A DNA stretch of 64,000 nucleotides from Balanoglossus misakiensis (GCA_040954595.2 CM082580.2:6393519-6457518); one strand, 5' to 3'. Shown: positions 13,350 through 25,969, numbered from the stretch's first letter. Numbers and translations: made by a program. Notes: a model not told the origin generated them from the sequence alone.

Positions 13350-15324
13350 GTTTGCGGCCACGTCCGATCGATCCGTGTAATGAATGCGCGGATATATTCA
13401 CAGAGACTGTGCAATGCAGCAGGTTTTTTAATGATCAGCCGATCGTGTTCCGGCCGCGCGAGATCCCGTCCGCCTGTGTCGAGACTTCCCTTGTTCCCGC
13501 GCTCAGTGGGACAGGAAAGGTGTTGCGATAGATTTCGGGGAATTGCGAATGGAAGGGCGGAGGTCTGCGCTGCTGCGGCTCGGTCCCGAAGCTCAATGTG
13601 ACGTGATGTTTGTCCGACTCCTTTCCGAGTGCACTCCCCTTGTGATGTCACGTCCTCTCGGCGCTTCCGTAACACGCATACAAATTAGCCAGCAACTGAA
13701 AAAAAGCCTGACACATATTAACACAGCGTCAGCTGTTGAAATCTATTTTTTGTTATTAAAATCATTTTCGTGCCCAACTTGCTGATTTAACGGACGAACG
13801 AATATTAGGCAGTTTTATTTTCTCATTTAATATTCCCCCTTGGCGCTGACCGAATTCAGTGTATGAAACGCTATCCTCGGGGTGATAAACGCGGGAACTT
13901 ATGATTAGCATTGCATACACTGAACACAACCCGTCATTTCTGCGGTTTAATCTGTCTCCGGTGTCACGTGTGTGATATTTATGAAATCGTTTGGAAAGAA
14001 TCTCTTCAATAAGCTGCTCAGAAAACTGTAAAGGTTGCGCGCAAGCTTTGCAAAGGGCTGTTTGGTTTATAATCATCATGCGAGTCTCATAGCCGACGGC
14101 GGTCGTCAGTGTCTGGGTATACAGCTTAGACGGGGCACTATCACGTAGGCATGTATTATCTATGTTTTTCATGATGGGAAATGATATAGAAAGCGACGCC
14201 TTTTAAATTTGGTATATACCCTTTAAATAGACCATTTTCCGAACTCCACAAGACCACGCGAGATCTCGCATGGCTAGACGCAAACCCAAGTGCATGTCGC
14301 ACGAGGCCAGACGGATTCCTGTAATATGGGGTTTTAAAGTATCATCATTCAAAAGTATCATCATTGAAAATGATTTCACCTCATATGATGCAGTCCTAGA
14401 CTCGAGCTCGTCCTGACTGTTGATTGGGGAGCCCTGGGGGGGGGGGGGGTCAAAGTGTACAATTCGTGGGGGGTCATATTGACACGAGGGGTACATACTT
14501 AGAATCCCAAAGTGCTTACAAGACTTGTGAGCTCCCCCAACCTGTCGGCAATTATTGGTTTGTCTTCGTGGTCCTGGCAAATAAACTATACAAAGTGATT
14601 ACCGTAATTAATGTCCTCATAAATATTCATCAATGACGTGATGCGAGACATGCTGCATGTGGACTTTGCCATCCTATTCAGTTCTGACGCATTTTATCAC
14701 TTAACCATGCGTGTAATTCTGACAGGTTGAGATTTCGACTTTTGATATTGTTAAAAATTCCTGATTCTCGGCACGCGTCTTCTTTCTATCTTCATATTTT
14801 TTCAGTAATTAGAAATAAGCCATGATTCTGGGAGATGGTCAAGAATAATTGGGTTTGACGTTCCGATATTTAATGCTCCGGGGAAAGAACTTGATAAATC
14901 ATACAGGAAACCGAGTTGTATTGAGCGTTTCCAGGTATAATTGTATATGAAAGGCCAATTTGGTCGAATGAGGGCGCGATGAGCATTGCTTTGCTATGGC
15001 ATTTGGTTCTGGGAGCCGACGAAGTGTTGTTACAATTCCTGTGCTGCTGTTTAAACTCATTTGAATTCTCGAAGGGACAAAGTGGGTTATTTTTTGTTTC
15101 TCTTGATGCATTGTTTATGTTTTTCTGCTCACTATAATATGCTAAGTGACCGACTGTCTGAGCTCGACACACATACTGTGTATGGAAATAACACATGTTG
15201 AAAACTTCATTGAAGTTTCGGTCAATACTTAAAACATATATTTCTTATTAGTACTAGTATTCACGTGTCATGCCCATAACAACTGGTCATGTTGCTCGGT
15301 GATATTCAGTGAGCAGATCAAAAG

Positions 15325-15540
<216 letters not shown>

Positions 15541-15721
15541 ATAACCCCAAGGAACTGCGCGTATATTTATGTTGAGGGATGTGAGTAGTTATCGAACACA
15601 CGAATGACACTGCGTTACTTTAATTTGCATTTTTTAATTTACCTCAATGAAGTAAACACACATGTACGTGCAACGCACATGGAACTACAATAGCATTTGA
15701 CTACAATCTACATGTGTATAT

Positions 15722-17929
15722 TTAAATTGAACAGATTGCACATGAAAGTTCATAGCCACTGACATAGGGGGCACACGGCAGCCCACTGCCAGAAACGCAG
15801 GCACTTTCGACCGGGTAGAGGAAGCTTGTAGCGCTGGAAGCTGATGATCCACTCAAGACTTGGCCGGACACGTCAACGCAAACATACTCGGATGTGGTCT
15901 CAGTATATTTAGACGCCATTAGGTAACCATAATACTCTCTGGTCCAACCACTAGGACAGTCATCTCGAGCTGGGTACAAGATGTAGTTATTGCGAAACTC
16001 TTGGAGGCACACTGCGCAAGGGACGTTATGGTACAGTTTAGAGCGCAGCGGCCCACTGCTGCCACGGTATTCAGCTGCGTATATTCTGCCTCGATCTGTC
16101 TGATGACCAGCAACAACAGTGTCGTCATATTTGACCGTTTCTGGTAAACACAGATAGTTTCCACCATTCCCAGCTTGGCTATAATAGGATCCTGCCATAA
16201 TCCCTGGAATTAATAATTGAAAATGTGATAATATTAACAACCGGAGAGAAATATGCCCTTCCTCTCTTATGAAATCGCTGTAAATTTTCTTGCAATTCAC
16301 TATACACTGCAATTCACTGGGACTCCCTTGATTTAACATGTGTTTGGTGCATTTTTTCGGTAGTCTTCAAATTCCCCTGACTCCTTATATTTATGACCCC
16401 TGCGTGACCTTACATCCAAATCAAATGATCGACATTACCTGTGTCTGTTTCCCGTTAATAGTGATGATACTGAAAGTGTTAAAAATGCCATTTGTCTCAC
16501 CTTTGTAAACTAACTTTGTTACGCCTGGACATGAACTATGACCCCAACGTGTGTAAACCACACCAGATCCGTTGAGCTCTGCAAGAACGTAAGAAAAAAA
16601 AGTATTTATTTTTTCAAATCAATCTGTTGAATTTAATGTGTTTACGTGACTGTGTGTATACATGCGTACGGCTATACTTTTGAATTGGTGCAGATTTTGT
16701 AATCCGCATCTTTAAAACTTAGCTTATGTCGTTTATTTGAACTTAGACTAACTGTACATATTTACCTCTTGAACATTCCTTCTTTGGAATACCAACTTCG
16801 CAGTATTCCCAACGCACCGCTGAATCGATGGTGTAACACCAGGGCTTTGTAGCTCCGTCCATATTGCGGCAGTAGTTGTGATCTCCAAGACCGTGGTTTG
16901 GGTAATTGTCCGGTGTGGTGGTGTGTTGGTGTGGAGACTGTATCGTCCATTTTTGACAAGTTCGACCCGTCCTTGTCCTATCTACCGTGCCTCGGTAGTC
17001 TGAGCCATCGTCCCGGGTGTAACATTCACTACCTATGAGAATGAACGAACGAATGAATGAATGAATGAATGAACGAACGAACGAACGAACGAACTATCTA
17101 ATGAAATAAATAAATTTAGACTCGTGTAGAACAAGAGTTTAAAATGGCTTAATGTGAATCGAGTTTTTGCGGCCAAACAACTCCCAATAATCTATCTATT
17201 CGGTTGAAATATCGAAATATAGTGGAAGCAAGATCTAAGCATCAATCATTGCTATTTTCAGCGACAAACTTCTTACAACGGGTTTTTCCCATCAACGTAA
17301 ACCACGGGCCTCTATAACGAAATGATCTTTTCCAACTCATTTTCAAAAAATGCAATTTACAATAAAATATAGAAATCTTCTGTTCTGGGAAGGTTCGAAA
17401 CTTTCTAAATGTAAAAAGCTCGAAATTAACAAGCGAGTGTTTTACATACCATCCCTTGGGTCTGGCTCGTAACGCTGAATTGTGACCTGGTCATCTTGTG
17501 AAACGGTTTCTGTTGTCTGAAAAATATCGGCCTATCAATATCACACTGCCTCCATATGTGATATATATTCAGTTTGATAAGCATTATGAATAAGAATTTG
17601 GCATGTGCTACATGTATTAAGCGTGACGAGAACGTTCAGCAGATCCGTTCGCTCTCAGGAATGTACATTTTTTTTCAGCAAACCACAACTACAATTGTAA
17701 TTTGACAATGCGGAAAACGTGTAATTACCAGAAATGTCATCCCATTATCATCGTTTGAAACGTAGCAGCGATTTTGACGATATAAATATTCACCTGTGAA
17801 CCAATTATTCGAAAAGTTCATCTTTAAACTTACCACGTCTGCATCTCGAGGGCGAGGCCCGTCAGAGTTTTCGCTCTGGATGACAGCAACGCCCAAAGAC
17901 ACCAACAGAAGAGTCAGCTTCAGCATCAT
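15722..17929 (-). CDS. Secreted kringle + short-chain collagen C4-like (NC1-related) domain protein, about 329 aa
   Basis: Exons 17834-17929 (signal MMLKLTLLLVSLGVAVIQS; phase 0), 17450-17516, 16766-17032, 16501-16578 and 15722-16203. Kringle exon: CYTRDDGSDYRGTVDRTRTGRTCQKW..NYCRNMDGATKPWCYT..RWEYC. Last two exons: VYTRWGHSSCP..LVYKG, then AGSYYSQAGNGGNYLCLP..NVPCAVC..CPSGWTREYYGYLM..CAICSI*. All junctions are GT-AG and frame-consistent. Confidence 0.88.
17039..17093. repeat. (GAAT/GAAC)n microsatellite next to the kringle-exon acceptor
   Basis: Visible tetranucleotide array; reads as TTCA/TTCG on the minus strand, within the pyrimidine tract. Confidence 0.85.
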
Positions 17930-18929
17930 GGTCCTAACGTATCGCTCAGATAGCAGGAAAAACAACTGAAGTTTCAGATGGATTTCAATGCTATTTATTC
18001 CTTCCCTTACTCGAGAAAGATCACGGTACGGGTAAACAGTAATGACTGCATGTTGCTCTCACCTGGTGTGCATCGTCCAATCGACATGGCGAAACAGGTT
18101 TGCCCAAGAAAAACGACACGTGCGCACTTTAATGACGAAGATTAATTAATGTTTAATTTTCAACCGAATGTAGCACTGTCATCAATTTCGTGCTGCTAAT
18201 TGATTTCGTTGAATGCGACCACCGGTTTAAATTTTAAACATACAACGATGTCCGCACAATCACAGTAGGACAGGCAGAACACCCGTAGTTGACATTTAAA
18301 CGATATAATTGAAAGAGGAACATGCTGCAGCTTTTGTACACTGCTCAAGCGAAGGCTTTATGATCCGTGAATCATAAATAAGAAGTTCCCGTCATAAAAA
18401 TGGAAAAGCTCACACGTGCGTACATCAACTTGTTTGCAGTCCGTCATGTATGAACAACTTATCGGCAAAAGCAAAGAAAAGTCAATCATTTGTGTTAAAC
18501 CATGTGTGAAGCTATTAATGGCGTATTAGGATGCAAAGTTCGCATGTTTGAATAGGAGTAATTTGAAATAGTGGCAAGTCTCCAGTATCTTGAGCCATAA
18601 ATTATTTTAGTATGCTCATTTCAAAAATGTAGTTCCAGTTCTCGATGCGTTGGCGTCGCATTGGTATAGGTCAAGTCTTCATCGGACTGCGCACGGCGTT
18701 TCTCGTCTCCCCCATTTTTTCTGTGAGCACAGCAAGCTTACAGGCATGTAACTGCAGATAACATCAACGATCTGCAGTAGTACAAACCCGGTTCGGCAGT
18801 ACAAATTACGCAGTGCCGCTGCATGCACATACTGCAAACTGAAGTGTATATGTGCGACTCAGTCTTGTAAAAGAAGAGCAAAAGAGTCGCATATGCTTTC
18901 CTTCGGACTGTTGTGCCGCGCCCGTCGTA

Positions 18930-20075
18930 TAGCTTACTATCGTTCCCATCTGGATTCGAACGATAATGTTGATCTAAATGTTACCATACTTGCACATTTG
19001 GTTTGCCAAGTTGTTCCTTATCTTACTTCAGTTTCGGCGCCCAGTTGTTGATGTTGCGGTAAATTCAAAGAGGTTATATCGAGATTGATTACAATACTAA
19101 CAGTGGGGTATTACGGGTGTCGTAAGAGGATCGTCTTACACTTCACATTGCTTACTAAAGCAAGACTTTTATCTACGCGTGCGTGTCCAGTCCTTCCCTT
19201 TTGCTCTCTGTCTTCGAACTGCTAGGTCAGTCAGTTCTCGTTCCATGACAATTTTTGCTTTAGTCAGAGTGTCTAGTTTTTCACCAAGTACATCGCGGCG
19301 GTTTTCTACGGTCGGTCCATCAGTCGGCTTCAGTTTGTTGACTTCCGGTCCCCTTTCATCTTGAGCGTACTGCAATTTAGTTCGCGTTCTTTTACTCGCA
19401 ATAGAATGACTCTGTGGAGTACAGTGATCGATCTCAGAATCACCAGAATGTGAACGTTTTATGGATGGCGAGGTACCGTCGAGAACGAACAATTTCACGT
19501 TGAGTGTTCCTCCCTTTTTAGATGCGTTGTCGTCAATAAGTTGTCTGAATCTGTTTGTCGTCGGAAGGTCAATTCTTTGCCCTTCGTAATCCATGACTTG
19601 CAGACGAAGTGAGACCATCCTTCGCAGATACGGAGTATCACTAGTGATTCTGTTTTCGAAGTCGCTATAAGACATACTGTGAAAGTCCTCGTCAGAAATG
19701 AAGACTGGCACAATCCGCGTTTGAGAATAATAGGAAAACTCAACCTTGAACATATACTCGGCCATGTTGAACCGACAGCGACTAAACACGTTGGATTTGC
19801 AGTATTCCCGCGAAACTTTTACCACACACAGGGCTATTAAATAAAGTCAGGGTAGCGCCAATCAGTTGACTCGTTTTATTGTCTTATTTAAACAAACTGG
19901 CGAAGCATCCTACCGGGTAAGAAACCATTAATCCTGTTTGTGTTTGCCGCAAAGCATATAAACTGTACAACAACTGTAGCAAAGTTGGAATCAACTTCAC
20001 AAACCAATTACACAAGTGTGATAACATTTAGATCAACATTATCGTTCGAATCCAGATGGGAACGACAGTAAACTA
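18930..20075. mobile_element. ~1.15 kb element with ~100-bp terminal inverted repeats enclosing one ORF
   Basis: Left end TTACTATCGTTCCCATCTGGATTCGAACGATAATGTTGATCTAAATGTTA (from 18934) is the near-perfect reverse complement of TAACATTTAGATCAACATTATCGTTCGAATCCAGATGGGAACGACAGTAA (to 20071). Similarity continues imperfectly for ~100 bp. TA occurs at both outer ends. Confidence 0.8.
19169..19765 (-). CDS. Uncharacterised intronless ORF (198 aa from MAEYMFKV) inside the TIR element; possible PB1-like N-terminus and C-terminal coiled coil
   Basis: Open frame in the ORF track with protein-like composition. LQVMDYEGQRIDL resembles the PB1 acidic OPCA motif. LGEKLDTLTKAKIVMERELTDL is heptad-like. 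It may be a truncated TE-associated gene. Confidence 0.45.
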   Translation of the reverse strand: MAEYMFKVEFSYYSQTRIVPVFISDEDFHSMSYSDFENRITSDTPYLRRMVSLRLQVMDYEGQRIDLPTTNRFRQLIDDNASKKGGTLNVKLFVLDGTSPSIKRSHSGDSEIDHCTPQSHSIASKRTRTKLQYAQDERGPEVNKLKPTDGPTVENRRDVLGEKLDTLTKAKIVMERELTDLAVRRQRAKGKDWTRTRR

Positions 20076-20319
20076 AACTCTCTCACAGCATGGTTCACTA
20101 TAACTCAGTTATACTATAAGTACAGGACTCTTTACATGTTGCACACTGATGCGCTTTCAACTGTTTAGGAGATGCACCACAATAAATAAAGGTGTTGTGT
20201 AGCGGCTTCGCAGGCCAAGCTTCACTCTGCCATTGAGGGCATATATTCACTCAAACTACAAGTCTCGCCGTAGGCGGCGAGAGGGGCTGTGAGAGAGAGA
20301 CTCAGCTGAAACATGCCAA

Positions 20320-20727
20320 TGCTTTTAACTATTCTTCTTCCGGTTATCTCAAGAATCTTAACTACATGTACATGCATGTAATTAAGTTGTTCGCTGCTTG
20401 TCAATGCATGTTTAATTAACTTGTTCGCCGCTTGTCAATTTTACTCATAACCTTTCGTAGTTTATTTTACCGTGATGATAAAAAAATCGAGTGAGTTTCG
20501 GGTACTGGTCGTCAGGCCAACGGGCCTACCGATGCCATGACATACGCGTTCACTCCACACACACGATATAGTAACTCTGGATAAATTGTGCTGAAAATCG
20601 TTTAATTTATTATCATTTGCAGTACAGTATAGCAATTGACAAACGAACCAAGAAACCCCGCCGTCAAAACATACAGAGATTGCTTCAAGGCGTAATTTCC
20701 AAAATCAAAGTAGAACCAAGAGTTAAA
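20320..20727 (+). repeat. Direct repeat copy 1 (~400 bp)
   Basis: Aligns by eye with 25970-26320. Shared blocks include AAAAAATCGAGTGAGTTT, TACTGGTCGTCAGGCCAA, GCTGAAAATCGTTTAATTTATTA and GTCAAAACATACAGAGATTGCTTCAAG. Confidence 0.9.
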
Positions 20728-21426
20728 TGCCCAAAGTAATTATTTAATACATTAGTTTGCAAAGTGTAATATAAATGATTTAAAAATAATGGAAAATTAC
20801 ACAAAAAAAACACACATTCAAATTGCAATGTCAATCGATTGCCGCCAGTGGTTGTGAGGCGCATCACACGAGTCAAAGACGAGTATGAGGCAGCTCCCAA
20901 CCACACGAGCAGCGAACAAGAATTAATACCGGGCGCCAACTTCGTAAAATTAAAATACAATGTACAATAGTCATAAGGTGCCATGACTTCACACGATAAA
21001 TTTACTTTAAGGTAGATGACTATTCAAAAGTTAGAATATTGTCATTAACCCGATTTTTATTTATATTGCTTATCAATGAAAGTTAAAAACAAGTATAGAA
21101 AGAAAACAGGGTGTTCCCATGCTACTTTTTCGGTTGTGCGGTCTCAATTATGGTGGAAAATGCTGAGTCAGCACTTGTCGCAATCCCAATGCAACAGTTT
21201 GGAAATATCCAAACAGCTCTATCAAAAAATCAAGAGCGGTGACACAGTGTTTTCTTTATATCATCTAATAATACTCCCCTTTTGGCACCTTTTGGGAAAA
21301 TGGCAATATTGTTACACTGTTTTCTTAAAATTCTACATGTAATGCTACGGAATGTGAGAACCACACACTGCATCTGGGTAATCATCTAGTACTATGATGC
21401 GACAGATATAGCTCAGATGAAGTATC

Positions 21427-23173
21427 TTATACTTCCGAGTCATTCCCTGTCTTGCCACCCTTTTTGTAAAATGCACTAGAATAGTCATGTGACTTCAATA
21501 TATACATCGATGGATATGAATCTAAGGCATATTTAACTTGTCGTCTGAATTGGTTAGTAGATTTTTCAAAAGCCCTTACTCGTTCGGGTAAATCAGACAG
21601 GGACGCACGACTATCAAGCAGAATGGAAATTATTTTCGGCACTAAACCGATTGAAGCTGTCAAAAATACACTCATCGCTGGAGTTATACTAAATGACATG
21701 ATTACAAAATAAGCAAACATCAAAGAAACTATCAATAATGCCACCTTTATGACCATAGCCACAAATTCAGCGTGGACCGGTCGTATTACTTCAAATACAT
21801 ACTTAAGAACGTCTTTATGGATACGAGTGGATTTGTCAAAAGATCCAGCGTATACAGTATTCATGAACAATTTCTTGGGAATCGGATTGACTTGCTGTTC
21901 ACTTTTCAAAGTGTCAGTCATGTATTCATAATGAGGTCTTCCTGACCTGTCTTCTTCGAATATAATGTCAAATGTTTCGTGCATCAACTTAGCATAAGTC
22001 TTAGTGAACGTTTTGTAGGTAGACAGGATGTAATACAAAACGAAGAGTATGATTGTTATTCCCGGGGCAAGAAGATCAATGTTTAGAGCTATGCCCATCA
22101 ATGTGAAAACAAAAAAATAGGTTAGTATCCAGACGCTTATCAACAAGACAAAATAAGCTAGAAGTGAAACCATAACAAAGAAGGAAACGCCGAAAATACA
22201 TTTTTCTATTCTATATTTTGCGAAGACGTTGAATCGTTCAGTGAGTCTAATTGTAAAAATAACGAAAGATATAGGGGGTAGGTGTTCTAGCAGCATCAGA
22301 AGAGGATGTAACAGTTTTGTCAGCTTATTTTTACAACAAATCAATAATGTGAGATCGTTGGACCAAGTGGATTTCTTGACAAGTTGTTTGAAAACGTGAA
22401 ACTGGACTTCTCTCATGACACGTAATATATTTGAATATAGGTGAAAATCTTTCAAAGGAACATTTCCTAGAAAATGTCTATACCTTTCTTCAACTGCCCT
22501 GGAAAATAAGTTCTTCGTCTGAAGCATGAGTTCGACGCTGTCCTCATTTACTCCGTTTGTTGGTGGTTGTGCAATCTCCTCCTGAATTTGAGGCGCTTCG
22601 TTACCGTCTCCTTCTTTTTTACTGCCTTCGTCGTCAGCGTCTTTATCAGTTCCCTTTGGTGGTGGTTGTGCAATCTCCTCGTTGTCGTCTTCGCAGAAAA
22701 GACCATGCGTTATACAAAACCATTTCCCCAGTTTATCACCGTACATTGACACAACTACTGTGCAGGATAGACCGTAGATGCCATATAAGACTACAACTGT
22801 AGCAATACGCCAGGTCTCAAAGGGATATGGCATGAAAAGAGCATGTAATTCGTAAGTGGGAGTGGTAGAATAATTATTTGAGCGAGTCCAACCCTCAATC
22901 TCCTCATTAGTGTAACCTAAAAATATGGGCCCGATTATAATCATTAATATCAGACAAACGGGTACAACTATGACGAAGTATATAACCGCAATTAGCCTCT
23001 TGATCACAGTCTTGCACTTTGAAGACGATGAAGAAGATGAAACTTTATCTTTTGTGTCCAAATATTGCCAATAATTCATGAAGTTAAATATTGTTACCGG
23101 TTTAGTTGTGTTGTATGATTCCAGACTTGCCCCACTTAAGCAAATTTCTTCCGTACCACCCCCACCCCCACCC

Positions 23174-23221
<48 letters not shown>

Positions 23222-23257
23222 CCACCACCACCACCACCACCACCACCACCACCACCC

Positions 23258-23302
<45 letters not shown>

Positions 23303-23344
23303 CCACCACCACCACCACCACCACCACCACCCCCACCCCCACCC

Positions 23345-23386
<42 letters not shown>

Positions 23387-24243
23387 CCACCACCACCACC
23401 ACCACCACCACCACCACCACCACCATCATCATCATCTTTACTATTTCGGAATTTCTTGTATGTGGCAGGTTGTTCTGTTATTCCAGACGAGACCACGTAC
23501 CAACAAGCAAACGGCAGCGAAAAAATCCATAAAATCAAAGTGAAAAGAAACAGAGAGACGCGGGTAGCCGTTAAAAACTCATTCTTCTCCAGTTCATCAT
23601 AACACGGTTTGCCCGTACGTTTGCTTACTTTACAACATTTGAACAATACTATGGGATTCGTTTCTGGATTCTCTATGAACCGGTGGCACAAGACATCGTC
23701 CTTTATGTCGTGTATGGAAGAAGAATTGGTGATGTTAGTTAAAATCTTGGTGGCTATTTCAACTTTGCAGCATTCAGAAAGATATGCAATATCTCTGGAA
23801 GAACTGTTGTAATCACGGAAGTGTATCTCCATCTCTGGTCCACGGAGAAATAAAGTTCCCAAGGAATAAAACTCGGCCGTTTGGGGAAGCAGCAACAGTG
23901 TCTCTGCGCTCCTATCGTCAAGCCAGTCCCACAACCACAACCCATAAGCTTCCGATGTGTTTAGCAACATAGGATTTAAACCAGCGTATTCTGGGAATCG
24001 AAGCCAGAACCGAACAAGTGTGGCATTGTGATGATCTGCCACTAACTTATTGAATTGTTTAGTTAATTCTTCCAGTGTCTTTTCCAAGTAGACAGTAACA
24101 GAACACATCTCACCTGTAGTAGCGTTGGTACACATAAAGTTGAAGTCGAGAATATGCTGGTCGGTGACGGACGAGGATGACTTTGCATTACAGCACACAC
24201 TGCGGCAGATGCAGATAAATGTTAAAAATAGTACGTGGCGCAT
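21427..24243 (-). CDS. Intronless uncharacterised multi-pass membrane protein (~938 aa) with a poly-Gly/poly-Ala tract
   Basis: Single 2.8-kb ORF. The first ATG (24243) gives a signal-like MRHVLFLTFICICRSVCCNA, then a Cys-containing ectodomain with several N-x-S/T sites. About 8-9 hydrophobic segments follow (e.g. VSLFLFTLILWIFSLPFACWYVV, LIAVIYFVIVVPVCLILMIIIGPIFLG, IFGVSFFVMVSLLAYFVLLISVWIL). I do not recognise the family. Confidence 0.75.
23154..23436. repeat. Compound trinucleotide repeat (CAC/CCC)n-(CAG)n x3 plus (CAT)n, in frame within the membrane-protein ORF
   Basis: Directly visible; encodes DDDD-G(n)-A(n)-G(n)-A(n)-G(n)-A(n)-G(n) on the minus strand. Confidence 0.95.
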
Positions 24244-24807
24244 CGTTGAATGGTTCGGATTAACAGCGCTGCAGTCTGATGTTGAATGAAAATGTGAAAA
24301 AAACTCAACCAACAGTGGCCAAATATTCGTACAAGCGGTGGTACCGGGTAGCAACGCCTGAAGCCCAGTGATCAGCGCTGTCTTGATCGCATGAGTTTTG
24401 TGCTTTAGTTTCCCTCTAGTATACCAGAGTCAGAGCCAATCAGCGCTGGCAGCTTTTATCTATTGACCAATCACATAAACAAATAGCATATAGGGAAGAT
24501 GCCGGGAACTGTTGTGAACTTTTAATGATACCAAGAGTGTGACCCCGATAGCTCTCTCACCTACAGTGCCTCAGATTGTTGACGTGGATTAATTCTGTTC
24601 ATCTGATAGAACATGGTAAACATTAATGTTTCCAAAAGTTTATTGACTTCTATCCCAGACAAAAGACATGGAACAAATTTTATGCTAAATACAAATGTTT
24701 TTGAGTGTGTATGTGTGTGATGAAATTGCAGGTATTTGGGGAAAGTGTTGCACGGTAGTATGCCATGATAGAAGACATTCTTGTCATTGTGAATTGGAAC
24801 CCTTGTA

Positions 24808-25042
24808 GCACGCGCGCACGCACGCACGCGCGCACGCACGCACGCACGTACGTACGTACGTACGTATGTATGTATGTATGTATGTATGTATGTATGTATG
24901 TATGTATGTATGTATGTATGTATGTATGTATGTATGTATGTATGTATGTATGTATGTATGTATGTATGTATGTATGTATGTATGTATGTATGTATGTATG
25001 TATGTATGTATGTATGTATGTATGTATGTATGTATGTATGTA

Positions 25043-25075
<33 letters not shown>

Positions 25076-25180
25076 GTGTGTGTATGTATGTATGTATGTA
25101 TGTATGTATGTATGTATGTATGTATGAATGTATGGATGGATGGATGGATGGATGGGTGGGTGGATGGATGGGTGGATGGA
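24808..25180. repeat. Compound microsatellite (GCAC)(GTAC)(GTAT)n(GT)n(GGAT)n
   Basis: Directly visible. Confidence 0.97.
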
Positions 25181-25204
25181 TATAATAATCCCGATTTCTG
25201 CCTG

Positions 25205-25638
25205 ACTAAAAGTCAACAATCTTTCAAATTTTAATTTACCTTGTTCTGTTTGATGAACAGAATCACTTCCCCAATCTGAGACGCGAGTAGGTGAGAGAGC
25301 AGTGTGTCAGAAAGGTCACAATAATCATGATAAGTTCAATAATTGTTATTCTTGGTATCAATACAAAGTTCCTGACATCTTCCCTATGCTGTTTGTGATT
25401 GGTCCATGAAAAAGTAACCCTAATTGGCTTTGATGTATACTACATCATAAAGCCACGTAACTCAAGCAATCTCTATCATTCTGGGCTTCAGAAGTCAGAA
25501 GCACCGCCCGCCTTTACGAAATATTTGACCACCGTTGGCCGCGTTTTTGTTTTCGCGTTTTGGCATTTAACACTAGACTGCAGCGCTGTTAATCTGAACC
25601 ATTCAACGATGCGCAACGTACTATTTTCTCACGTGAGC
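25205..25638 (+). pseudogene. Inverted, diverged, truncated copy of the upstream region and start of the membrane-protein gene, bracketed by a 22-bp direct repeat
   Basis: ~25240-25630 aligns with the reverse complement of ~24230-24610, e.g. GACTGCAGCGCTGTTAATC[T/C]GAACCATTCAACGATGCGC[A/C]ACGTACTATTTT. It reads MRNVLFSHVS* against MRHVLFLTF in the intact gene. TAATAATCCCGATTTCTGCCTG occurs at 25183-25204 and 25639-25660. Confidence 0.75.
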
Positions 25639-25969
25639 TAATAATCCCGATTTCTGCCTGTGTGTCCGTGCACGGGGATTTATTCAGGGAAAGTTAATAA
25701 ATACTTAGTAGTCATGACATTACTCTCTTATCAGGGTCGGGGCGACCTGAAATACAATTCTTAAGAGGAAACACGCATCTATTTCGTTACTATCGCAACT
25801 ACATTCGTTCCTGGGCTCTTAGCCTGATTTACCTTTTTCTGACCCATCTCAACAGTAAGTTAATAATTACCCAGTCTGAACTTTGAGATGCATCTACGTG
25901 GTGTAATTTCAAAACCTAAACTGAGTTTTAAAGGGCCTATAAATATTTGTTACTAAATCCACGATGCCC

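Noticed and set aside
23078-23602. Plus-strand poly-Pro/Ala and poly-Gln/His ORFs, and the minus-strand poly-Val/Leu ORF
   Set aside because: Alternative-frame readings of the trinucleotide tract inside the long minus-strand ORF.
24244-24354. N-terminal extension of the 975-aa ORF in the track
   Set aside because: It starts at a non-ATG codon; the ATG at 24243 gives a signal-peptide-like start.
24680-25234. MYVC / HTYI repeat ORFs
   Set aside because: Translations of a tetranucleotide microsatellite.
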